A stretch of DNA of 61,501 nt, filler included, from Candidatus Fermentibacterota bacterium (GTDB taxonomy: Bacteria; JAFGKV01): NCBI GenBank assembly GCA_016928395.1. It is 7 parts of 7 records of this genome, joined end to end, with 100 filler letters (N's around TTAATTAATTAA, not from the genome) between each part and the next. Parts side by side here need not be neighbours in the genome. Positions count along the whole stretch, not along the records: positions 46,968 to 54,359 come from JAFGKV010000287.1; positions 54,460 to 61,501 come from JAFGKV010000289.1; 5 more parts are not named here. One strand, 5' to 3'. The translations under genes and the position numbers were made by a program. The notes beneath the pieces are model-generated. The model was not told where the DNA came from, ran no database searches, and worked only from the letters and a program-made list of their open reading frames with translations. Below are positions 47,456 through 55,679 of the stretch, piece after piece (positions within the stretch are counted from its first letter, which is position 1; each line of letters starts with the position of its first letter).

Positions 47456-49441
47456 CTACGGAATATCTCCCTCGTAGCGCGTGAACCCGACCCGGTTGCC
47501 GGGTTCCGACTCCTGCCCATGACCCTCGGCCGTAACGTAATAGTACCGCCGATCTCCCGCGAGCGGCCCCTGCCAAGTGGTACCGGCGAAGACGCCGCCA
47601 TGATCCTGCGTGAACCCCAGGTATGCCTGTAGTGACGAGTAGACCCGATAGGTATCTCCCCCCGGCACGGGGTACCATGAGATGATGACTGATGACCCAT
47701 CAGTCGTGATGCTGGCGGCGGGGGCCATCGGCGTGGGAAAGCCTTTAAGTGCCAAGCTGTGATACGCCCCCCCTGCCACTGCCACGAAGCCGGCATTGGG
47801 AGCAGGAACGTCGCACTGGCCGGAGGTATTTCGCCCCCACGCGACCACGGAGCCGTCGGCCTTGAGGCCAAGACTGTGATCATACCCCGCTGCGATTGCC
47901 GCAAAGTCGGCATTTGGTACGGGAACGTCAAGCTGCCCATGCTCGTTGGACCCCCAGGCGACCAGGGAGCTATCCGCCTTGAGACCGATACTGTGAGAGG
48001 ACCCCGCCGCAACCTCCACGAAGCCGGTATTGGGTTCGGGAACATCACACTGGCCGGAGGTATTTCGCCCCCACCCAACGATTGACCCGTCGGCTTTGAG
48101 GCCAAGACTGAACTCGCTTCCCGCGGCGAGGGCCACAAAGCCGCCGTTGGGAGAGGGAACATTACACTGCCCGAAGCCGTTGCTTCCCCACGCGACCACG
48201 GAGCTATCCGCCTTGAGGCCGAGGTTATGTGAATGGCCGGCCACGATCGCCACGAAGTTGGTATTGGGTTCGGGAACGTCACATTGCCCCGACGAATTGC
48301 TGCCCCACGCGAGCACTGAACCACAGGCCTTCAGCCCCAGGCTGTGGTACGCTCCCACCCCTACCGCTACGAAGTCCCCATTGGGAGCGGGGATGTCGCA
48401 TACACCGTAAGCATTCTGGCCCCAGCCGATCATGGAGCCATCGACCCGAAGGCAGAGGTTGTGCGATTCGCCCGCCATGGTGACGAAGTAGTCGTTGGGA
48501 AGTGGAATGCCGCACTGGCCGAAGCTATTCCGCCCCCACCCGACGACGGAGCCGTCGGCCTTGAGACCGAGACTATGAAGACTCCCGGCGGCGATTCCCA
48601 CGAAGCCGGTATTGGGTTCAGGCACATCACACTGGCCGTCGCTGTTCCACCCCCAGGCAACTACGGAACCATCGGCTTTCAGCCCGAGACTATGGGTCCA
48701 TGCCGCCACTGCCACAAAACCCTCGTTGGGATCCGGGACATCGCACTGACCCAGGTCATTGGCACCCCAGCCGACGATGGAACCGTCAGACCTCAGCCCT
48801 AGGCTGTGGTGTACTCCCGCGGCGACCGCGATGAACTGAGCGTTCGGCGTGGGAACATCGCATTGACCCCAGTAGTTCCAGCCCCAGGCGACCACAGAGC
48901 TATCCGCCTTAAGACCGAGACTGTGATATCCTCCCCCGGCCACCGTCACAAAGCCCGTGTTGGGTGCCGGAACGTTGCACTCACCGTGTCCGTTCGAACC
49001 CCAGGCAACCACGGAGCCGTTCGATTTGACCGCCAGACTGTGATTGTCACCTGCCGCCACCGCGACAAATCCTGCGTTGGGAGTGGGAACATCACACTGG
49101 CCGGATCCATTGAAGCCGGAGGCAACGACCGAGCTGTCCGCCCTGAGCCCAAGACTATGCCCGCTTCCCGCCGCTACTGCCACAACGCCTCCGCTGGGAC
49201 CGGGAAAGCTGCACTGACCGATGCCGTCGGATCCCCAGCCAACGACTGAGCTATCCGCCCTGAGCCCAAGACTGTGAGACCCACCCGCGGCCACCGCAGT
49301 GAGATCCAGAAGATCTGCCGGATCGGGCACCGCCATGGTTCCCCAGCCGAAGATCGTGCCTGAATACTGGGCGTGGGAAACCCCCACCAGGAGGGTGATT
49401 ACCGCAAAGATCGCGAAGATCATCGAAGTCTGGTGCTTCAC
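47456..49441 (-). CDS. Secreted RCC1/BLIP-II-like repeat protein with about 95-aa C-terminal domain
   Basis: GTG after GAGGGGAG, signal peptide ending SHA-Q, 13 full plus 1 partial 38-39-aa repeats FVAVAAGxxHSLGLKADGSVVAWGxNxxGQCDVPxPNxG. Confidence 0.92.
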   Translation of the reverse strand: MKHQTSMIFAIFAVITLLVGVSHAQYSGTIFGWGTMAVPDPADLLDLTAVAAGGSHSLGLRADSSVVGWGSDGIGQCSFPGPSGGVVAVAAGSGHSLGLRADSSVVASGFNGSGQCDVPTPNAGFVAVAAGDNHSLAVKSNGSVVAWGSNGHGECNVPAPNTGFVTVAGGGYHSLGLKADSSVVAWGWNYWGQCDVPTPNAQFIAVAAGVHHSLGLRSDGSIVGWGANDLGQCDVPDPNEGFVAVAAWTHSLGLKADGSVVAWGWNSDGQCDVPEPNTGFVGIAAGSLHSLGLKADGSVVGWGRNSFGQCGIPLPNDYFVTMAGESHNLCLRVDGSMIGWGQNAYGVCDIPAPNGDFVAVGVGAYHSLGLKACGSVLAWGSNSSGQCDVPEPNTNFVAIVAGHSHNLGLKADSSVVAWGSNGFGQCNVPSPNGGFVALAAGSEFSLGLKADGSIVGWGRNTSGQCDVPEPNTGFVEVAAGSSHSIGLKADSSLVAWGSNEHGQLDVPVPNADFAAIAAGYDHSLGLKADGSVVAWGRNTSGQCDVPAPNAGFVAVAGGAYHSLALKGFPTPMAPAASITTDGSSVIISWYPVPGGDTYRVYSSLQAYLGFTQDHGGVFAGTTWQGPLAGDRRYYYVTAEGHGQESEPGNRVGFTRYEGDIP

Positions 49442-49634
49442 GATGCCGACTCCCCTCTCTGCCTGGGCTGCCTGGTGCACCGGGGCGCACCCCCAAGTTG
49501 ACTGGAACGGTTCGCTACACGGCCTGAATGGAGCTTCTGAGTACAGAGCCCCGGTCCACGCACTCTACAAGATACATGTTCACCCACGCCACCGCTTGTG
49601 ACATGGAGCGGCGCGCAGCGCGAAAGCACGAAGC

Positions 49635-49733
49635 CCCAGCATCCAACGCTTTGGGAGCTGATGCCCGGCCGGGTGATCCGGAACTCGGTCGATATGCTCC
49701 GGCCTGGATTGCCCGAACGAGTCGGGCAATGAC
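49635..49733. repeat. Second, degenerate copy of the GTCA-type REPIN-like element
   Basis: ccgggtgatcc...ctggattgcccgaacgagtcgggcaatgac; last 30 nt match 16362-16391 at 29 positions. Confidence 0.8.
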
Positions 49734-49792
49734 GAGGGGAAGTGTGGAAGTTGCACCATGTATGAGCGGGGGAACGCCCGGGGCCGTGTTTG

Positions 49793-49871
49793 TTTGAGAG
49801 TACCTCTATCTTCCTCATCCGAATGCCTACCGGACTGTCGCCCCGATGCTCTGCGCCGGGATGCACGCCGC
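49793..49871. repeat. Partial inverted copy of the MITE-like element at 43335
   Basis: tttgagagtacctct..cttcctcatccgaa...gccccg..gctctgcgccggg; second TIR absent. Confidence 0.7.
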
Positions 49872-50410
49872 AGAGCGTGGTCCAGCACCGCTGGATGCTG
49901 GGCGCCGGGGCTCCAGACGACGAACAGCCCGGGCTTCTCCCGCGCTCCCCGTTCCGAGCTCCGAGTTCGTGAGACTGCAGGCTTCCGATTCCCCAAGAGT
50001 CCTTCGCTTGAGGGTTCACGTTCGCGTTCACGAGCCTTCTCCTCGCTGCCGATTCCGACCACCGATGCACGCTCCACTGTCCACCGTAGGCCGTTTGCCC
50101 TCGTTTCGGATTTCGTGCTTTGTGCTGCGGGTTTCGGGAGCGCCACGCGCTCCGCCCCCGATCATACATTCCCTCACTCAGGTCTTTCTCAGAGTCAGCG
50201 GAAGAAGGCTTACGCGACATGCGGTTGCACGCGGCGGACCGAATGCGTGACGCTCGACCACACCCTCGGAGATGGCGCGCGCACGATGCGGGCCGGCAGG
50301 AATGGGTGGCACGGGGAGACGCCCACCAGCGCAGCGGGTCCGGCAGGATCCGGCTGGTCGTTGCGTCATGCCCCGTGCCGCCCAACTCCTGATCACCGCC
50401 ATTCTCTCCG

Positions 50411-52252
50411 CTACTCCCCCGCTGTCGCCGACTCCAGCAGCCGCCGCTCCGCCCGGGCCGCCTCCGCTCGGTCGTGCTCCTCGTTCATCCGCTCGATGCC
50501 CTCCCGCGTCCGAGCCCGCTCTTCCTCCAGTCGCGCCCGCTCCTCCTCATGGCGGGCTCGCATCTCCTCCCGCTCTCTCACCTCTTTCTCTCGCAGTTCC
50601 GGATACAGGTAGGAATCCGTACGCGCCGCCTCGCATACTTCCAAACGCTTCGTCTCGAAGCCCTTGCGCTTGGCCATGACACGGTAGGTAATCGGAACCG
50701 ACGAGGTGCCACCCTGGAGCTCACTCACGTCGAATCCCGTCGTGCCACGCGTCACGTACACCCCGCGGCAATCACCCCCAAGTTCCGTGAACACCCTCAT
50801 CGGATTCGCCGCACCGATGGTCACCGTCTCCAGGAAAAGCGGATCCAGCTCGATGCGGCAGCGCCCATTCACGAGCCGCCCTTCCCCAAAATCCTCGAAC
50901 CAGTTCTCGGGGCTCTCCTGGCAGTACATGAGAGTCGGACCCTGGGAGGTCCTCACCACGCAGCTCTTCGTGCCGGAGCCAGCCAGGCCTCCGGCGTAGT
51001 AGACTCCATCGTTCGTCGTAGAAAGGGTGCCGCCGTAGACGCCCGTACCTAAGGTCGTGTATCCGTACACCGCGAAACCTGAAGGTGAGCTGCAGGTGCC
51101 GTGGACTCCTCGAGTCGTGCCCGTGGTGGCCCAGGTCCAGCCATAGACTCCTGTCCCCGAGTTGGAGCCGCTCTTACCATAGACCCCGTAGGCGCTGCTG
51201 CCCGTGGTCGCAGTGTTCTCACCATAGATCACCGTTCCCCCTGATTCGACTGCGTGTAGCTTGGCAGAAGGTGCGGCAGTCCCAACGCCGACATTGCCCC
51301 CGCGCTCCACTGTCATGATCTGCGTGCCCGTGCTGTTGTCTTTGAACTGCAACTCTCCATCTACACCATCGTACCTCATCCGTATGCCCAGGCTCCCAGT
51401 CCACTCCAACATCCGGATCGAGGCACTCCCGTCACCATACAGGCCACGCAAGGTCAGAATGGGCTCCACGGTATTGGAGATCTCCAGATCAGACCCCGGG
51501 GTCGTTGTCCCGATTCCGACTCTGCCGCTGAAGTGACCTTTGCCTTCGAAGTAACCACCGAACCCGTCAGGGGAGTCGCTGACGCCCACTACGCCATAGT
51601 TCGTCCCGCTACCTTGTTCTGCATGGCCCACGACACCGATGCCGTGCTGTGAATAGGCCAGCCCCATGAGACCTGCTGCATCACCAACCGTGGTTTCCGA
51701 CAAGCCGAGCACCGCGGCCCCGCCTGGGGTGGTGGTCGATCCGCACAGCCCGAAACCGATACCAGTGACTGCTTCGTTCTCGGCGCTGATGATCGCTGCC
51801 TCGTTTCGGTCCTTGCCTGGTAAGATTGACAACTCTCCCGTGACCGTGGTTCCCGGCACTAGGCCGCTGGCCATGTAGGAGTAGTCGTTGGCGGTCAAGC
51901 GTTGACGCGGCGTCTGGTTCACGCCCGCGAACGTCACCAGCAGCCAGTAGTCCTGGTCAAACGGTAGATCGAGCGCCGGTTGCGGGCTTTCTCCCAGCAC
52001 TACGTTGAAGACTCCGCCCGCCAGCGTGACCGATCGGACGCCGCTGTCCCACAGCACATTTCCTGCAGTTGCGGCATCGTAGATCCAGAAACGCATGGCG
52101 TAGCTGCCGTCAGCAACCGGGTTGCCTGCGGCATCGGTCACCTTGCCCTGATAACTTATCGTCTGTGGTATCTCGGCCTGCGAGACCGCGGCAATGCCGG
52201 CGAGACACACCACACTTGTCACCACGATTGCGGTGATTGTAGCACGATTCAT
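50411..52252 (-). CDS. Secreted tail-fibre-like protein
   Basis: ATG after AAGGAGG, signal peptide, IPQTISYQG N-domain, Gly-rich GVYG repeats, two G.VG[IV]GT..P...L motifs, C-terminal ESPENWFEDFG...YRVMAKRKG domain and charged coiled coil; the 785-aa track ORF is over-extended. Confidence 0.8.
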   Translation of the reverse strand: MNRATITAIVVTSVVCLAGIAAVSQAEIPQTISYQGKVTDAAGNPVADGSYAMRFWIYDAATAGNVLWDSGVRSVTLAGGVFNVVLGESPQPALDLPFDQDYWLLVTFAGVNQTPRQRLTANDYSYMASGLVPGTTVTGELSILPGKDRNEAAIISAENEAVTGIGFGLCGSTTTPGGAAVLGLSETTVGDAAGLMGLAYSQHGIGVVGHAEQGSGTNYGVVGVSDSPDGFGGYFEGKGHFSGRVGIGTTTPGSDLEISNTVEPILTLRGLYGDGSASIRMLEWTGSLGIRMRYDGVDGELQFKDNSTGTQIMTVERGGNVGVGTAAPSAKLHAVESGGTVIYGENTATTGSSAYGVYGKSGSNSGTGVYGWTWATTGTTRGVHGTCSSPSGFAVYGYTTLGTGVYGGTLSTTNDGVYYAGGLAGSGTKSCVVRTSQGPTLMYCQESPENWFEDFGEGRLVNGRCRIELDPLFLETVTIGAANPMRVFTELGGDCRGVYVTRGTTGFDVSELQGGTSSVPITYRVMAKRKGFETKRLEVCEAARTDSYLYPELREKEVREREEMRARHEEERARLEEERARTREGIERMNEEHDRAEAARAERRLLESATAGE

Positions 52253-52352
52253 TGTGATCCTCCTTTGTGGCGACCTCGCCGTCCCACAGCGGCCGCTTCG
52301 GGCGGGTATGGCTCTGTCCCGTCCGATGCTGTGCTCGGGAGCTTTCCTCGGG

Positions 52353-52768
52353 GGGGATGTACCAGTCATAGTCCTCCTCACCAACGACATTCGATTGCGT
52401 CGACATCCGGTTGGAATTCCGCGCGATGCCACGCAAGAAGTAGTTCGTGGGAGCATCGCCGATGGTGTCGAGGGCGGCGCCACGGTTCGCCAAGGGCTTC
52501 CGGCCGCATTGAAGAAGGGCGTGGTCCTCCGGTAGAGGTCGTAGAACGTCGCGCCCGTTACCGCTCCCCAGGAGAGGCGCGCCGAGGTGGGATTCAACTG
52601 TGCGATTGCCAGAACCATGGGACTTAGGTCGCCGCCGCCGGCCATGACAGATGGCCCCACCACGTACTGGGCGTGTGCCGCCAGGGGGAGAACGATCGTG
52701 GCCAGCACGACACCCAGACCCATCCGGGACCATCCGGGGCCATGAACCAGGAGATCAGGAGATCTCAT
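52353..52768 (-). pseudogene. Small secreted protein made mostly of the shared C-terminal domain, frameshifted near 52470
   Basis: Signal peptide ending AHA-Q, ARLSWGAVTGATFYDLY..PFF in one frame; IGDAPTNYF...SNVVGEEDYDWYIP in the next. Confidence 0.6.
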
Positions 52769-53420
52769 GCCTCACTTCTCAGTCCGGGGTGACAGGGGTG
52801 ACTCCCCCGGTCACCCCTCTATGTTCATGATGGGCGCCATTTGTGACAGAGAGGGTTCGCGGCGGAGGCCGCGGGAAATCCGGACGTGAGCCCCACGTTG
52901 CCACGTGGCCCCGTTGACACGAGCACGTGGCTCACAGGGTGGGACAACGTCCCTACTCACGTGGAAGCTGAGTCTGCAATCGGCAATCGGCTGTCAGCGC
53001 TCTACTCTCTGCTCTCGGACGTATTACCCGCTGCGGGTTCAGTGCCAGTCTCCTCGCCCGCCTAAGCGAGGGCCGAGGTGGCCCTGTAGGGGAGTCCCGA
53101 GACGAGAGAATGCAGGGCAGTGCCCCATTCTCTCGTCACCCTTGTTACCTCTCTGCGGGGAGAACTCTTGTCTCCGCATTCCGCAATCGAATGACTGCCT
53201 ATTGTCCTGGTTCCGATGCTCCGTGTCGGAATCCCCGCATCACATCGCTTGGCGGTGACAATCGGCACGGAGCACCGGCCCCGGCCATCTGGAATGATGG
53301 CGGATTGGACGCCTGGGCGTGGGGCGCCCTGCCTCCATCCCAACATTCCACTCTTCCGTCCTTCCAGACTCAGCGCATCATGGTCGTGCTTGGAGTTCCC
53401 GACGAATTCTGCCCGGCAGT

Positions 53421-53798
53421 CTACGCGTGCAGTACTGGCACCTCATACTTGCGGATGAAAGGATCGGCTGTGACCAGCGTCAGCCCCTCGACCAATGCTT
53501 GCGCGATGAGCATCCGGTCGAAGGGATCACGATGATGCGGGGGGAGTCTGCCCACCATGAACGCATGTGCGGCCGATACCTCGAGGTGGAGGAATGGCTC
53601 CTGCGAGACGACTGCTTCGAACTCATCGGGTAGGTCAAGCTTCCCCAGCGCCTTCTTGATCATGATCTCCCAGAGGCTGGCGGCGCTGATGAACACGACA
53701 TTCTCGCGGTCGCCTATCGCCTCTTTCGGGGCCTGGTCAAGTTCTGGGCTGTCGGCAAGCCACCAGAGCAGGATGTGGGTATCCAACAAGAGGTTCAC
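53421..53798 (-). CDS. vapC: VapC PIN-domain toxin
   Basis: GTG overlapping the antitoxin stop; LLLDTHILLWW, SAASLWE, HRDPFDRMLIAQA, VTAD. Confidence 0.93.
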   Translation of the reverse strand: MNLLLDTHILLWWLADSPELDQAPKEAIGDRENVVFISAASLWEIMIKKALGKLDLPDEFEAVVSQEPFLHLEVSAAHAFMVGRLPPHHRDPFDRMLIAQALVEGLTLVTADPFIRKYEVPVLHA

Positions 53799-54034
53799 TG
53801 GGTATCCATGCCGAAGGCCGAGGCAAGGTCTTCCGGCAACGAATCGAAGTCTTCCCCGATCCGGATCCTGCCGCGGAGTGCACCCGGACGCCGGGGCCGC
53901 TGCACCCTGCTGTAGGCGGTGAGAATCGCCACCGGCTTGCCCGCCCGACTGATGACTACTTCCTGCCCCCCGATTACCTTCTCGATGAGTTCGGACAGGC
54001 GCGTCTTGGCCTCGGTCACTGTGTTCACCACCAT
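53795..54034 (-). CDS. Phd/YefM family antitoxin
   Basis: GAGGAGG RBS; VTEAKTRLSELI...GQEVVISRAGKPVA...EDFD.LP. Confidence 0.92.
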   Translation of the reverse strand: MVVNTVTEAKTRLSELIEKVIGGQEVVISRAGKPVAILTAYSRVQRPRRPGALRGRIRIGEDFDSLPEDLASAFGMDTQ

Positions 54035-54053
54035 TGCTCGACCTCCTCAAGAC

Positions 54054-54076
54054 CAAACCAGGCTAGATCTGGTCTG
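54054..54076 (-). promoter_or_regulatory. Putative TA operator
   Basis: CAAACCAG-7-CTGGTCTG inverted repeat (1 mismatch) about 20 nt before the antitoxin ATG, overlapping a TAGCCT -10-like hexamer. Confidence 0.5.
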
Positions 54077-54359
54077 CTCTTGAAACAGGGGGATGCGGCA
54101 TGCGTTGTCAAGCTATTGACACGCGAACCCGTACTTGATCAGCGCCAACCCGGTGGTCGTTCGCAACTCCCTGCCTGCTCCAGTATTCGCCCCACCGCAT
54201 AGGCCGCGCAACCGCCCGAGTCTCAGGCATTTCATCTTCCCGTCACGAGCGCCCTTTCGGAATGATTCTTCTTCGGCCGATCTAGCCCGGATATTTCACC
54301 AGGGAGAGCTGAGACGGGGCTGAAGCCATTGGGGAGAAAGGGATTAGGGGCAGTCGAGC

Positions 54360-54459
54360 NNNNNNNNNNNNNNNNNNNNNNNNNNNNNNNNNNNNNNNNN
54401 NNNTTAATTAATTAANNNNNNNNNNNNNNNNNNNNNNNNNNNNNNNNNNNNNNNNNNNN
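54360..54459. other. Artificial contig linker
   Basis: N44-TTAATTAATTAA-N44. Confidence 0.99.
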
Positions 54460-55671
54460 GAGATCGCCCTGTATTCGCGAGAAAGCAGAACGATATCCGG
54501 CGATCTATCACTTCTGGTCCCGCTCCCGACGGACGGCACGGTGCGTGTCAGCTTTTCGGGCCAGCGGTGGGAAGATCAACCCCGATCCGGCGGCGCCCGG
54601 AGCGACCCGACCTACACCAGCACTCTGGGGTTCAGCCTGGATCAGCCCATCCTCGACCGATCATCCAGCGCGGGCATGGCCCTGGAGCAAGCCCGCCTCT
54701 CGCACGATGTGGCCCTGGCGGTCTTCCAGCGGGAGCAACTGGAGCTGGATTACCGCGTGGCCGGGGCCTTTCTCGCGGCAGTAAGGGCGGAAGAGCAGGC
54801 CCGTATTGACTCTGTCGAACTGGATGTCGCCGTGGAGTATGCGACGTTGGGCCGCCGCAAGCTGACCGCTGGCCTACTCTCCAAGGGAGACGCCCTGGAT
54901 CTGGAACTCAGCGAGGCAACGACCAAGGCCGGCTTCATCTCCAGCATCGTGGCCCGAGCCCAGGCGACCGAGGACCTTCTCATGCTTCTGGGCCTTGACC
55001 TGGGCACCGAGGTGTCTCTGGTGGCACCCGACCCTCCTTCAGCGCCGCCGATCTCTCTGGATCGGGCGGTGGCCCACGCCCTGGCTCGGCGTCGCGAGAT
55101 GCTGTCGCAAAGGCTTCGGCGCTCCCTGGCTGCACAACGCCTGGTCCAGACACGGCAGGCCCAGGGCCCCGTGTTGAGCCTGTCCTACGGAGTTGATCTC
55201 GTACGAAGAGAGGCCACGTGGGAGCCCGCCTGGGAGGATGGGCAACGGGACCAGACACTACGGCTGGGTTTGTCCGTGCCCCTGATCGGATTCGGGCGAA
55301 GGGCCACTGAAATCGGGCAGGCATCTTTGGCCGTGGACCGGGAGGATCTGAGCCTTGCCCAGACCGAACAGGACATCATCGCTGAGGTGCGCACCACGGT
55401 GCGCAGCGTCACCACCACGCAGGAACGGGTCAGCCTGCTGCAGAAAGCTCTGGAGGTCGCCTCGGAAAACTATGATGTGGCCGGCGCCCGATTTGAGACA
55501 GGAACAATCAACAGCCAGCGGCTACTCGACGCGCAGCTTGCCCTCTTCAAGGCCCGCACCAACCTCTTGGCGGCCCGGGTTGATCTCGATCTCGCCCTTC
55601 GCCGCCTTCAGAAAGCCACCCACGCCAGGATCGAGGAACTGGCTGAGACGGCTCAGGAAGGCCCCGACTAA
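54460..55671 (+). CDS. TolC family outer-membrane efflux protein, 5'-truncated
   Basis: Frame open from the contig edge; LDQPI, GLSVPL, coiled coils, RFETG..LLDAQ..L..A OEP pattern. Confidence 0.85.
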   Translation, partial: EIALYSRESRTISGDLSLLVPLPTDGTVRVSFSGQRWEDQPRSGGARSDPTYTSTLGFSLDQPILDRSSSAGMALEQARLSHDVALAVFQREQLELDYRVAGAFLAAVRAEEQARIDSVELDVAVEYATLGRRKLTAGLLSKGDALDLELSEATTKAGFISSIVARAQATEDLLMLLGLDLGTEVSLVAPDPPSAPPISLDRAVAHALARRREMLSQRLRRSLAAQRLVQTRQAQGPVLSLSYGVDLVRREATWEPAWEDGQRDQTLRLGLSVPLIGFGRRATEIGQASLAVDREDLSLAQTEQDIIAEVRTTVRSVTTTQERVSLLQKALEVASENYDVAGARFETGTINSQRLLDAQLALFKARTNLLAARVDLDLALRRLQKATHARIEELAETAQEGPD

Positions 55672-55679
55672 CTCCCGGG

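Noticed and set aside
47740..49360. 117-bp periodic DNA repeats as a possible DGR template/variable repeat or CRISPR
   Set aside because: Explained by protein repeats; differences are not adenine-specific and no reverse transcriptase is present.
50411..52768. 785-aa single ORF from the track
   Set aside because: A strong RBS, ATG and signal peptide at 52252 mark the real start; the extension is readthrough from the frameshifted upstream gene.
54106..54121. TGTCAA-gcta-TTGACA palindrome as back-to-back -35 boxes
   Set aside because: No convincing -10 at the proper spacing toward the TA genes and no divergent gene seen; could be a binding site but unsupported.
11406..54459. Six identical TTAATTAATTAA motifs in N runs, and ORFs running into them
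   Set aside because: Artificial six-frame-stop contig linkers; adjacency across them carries no biological meaning.
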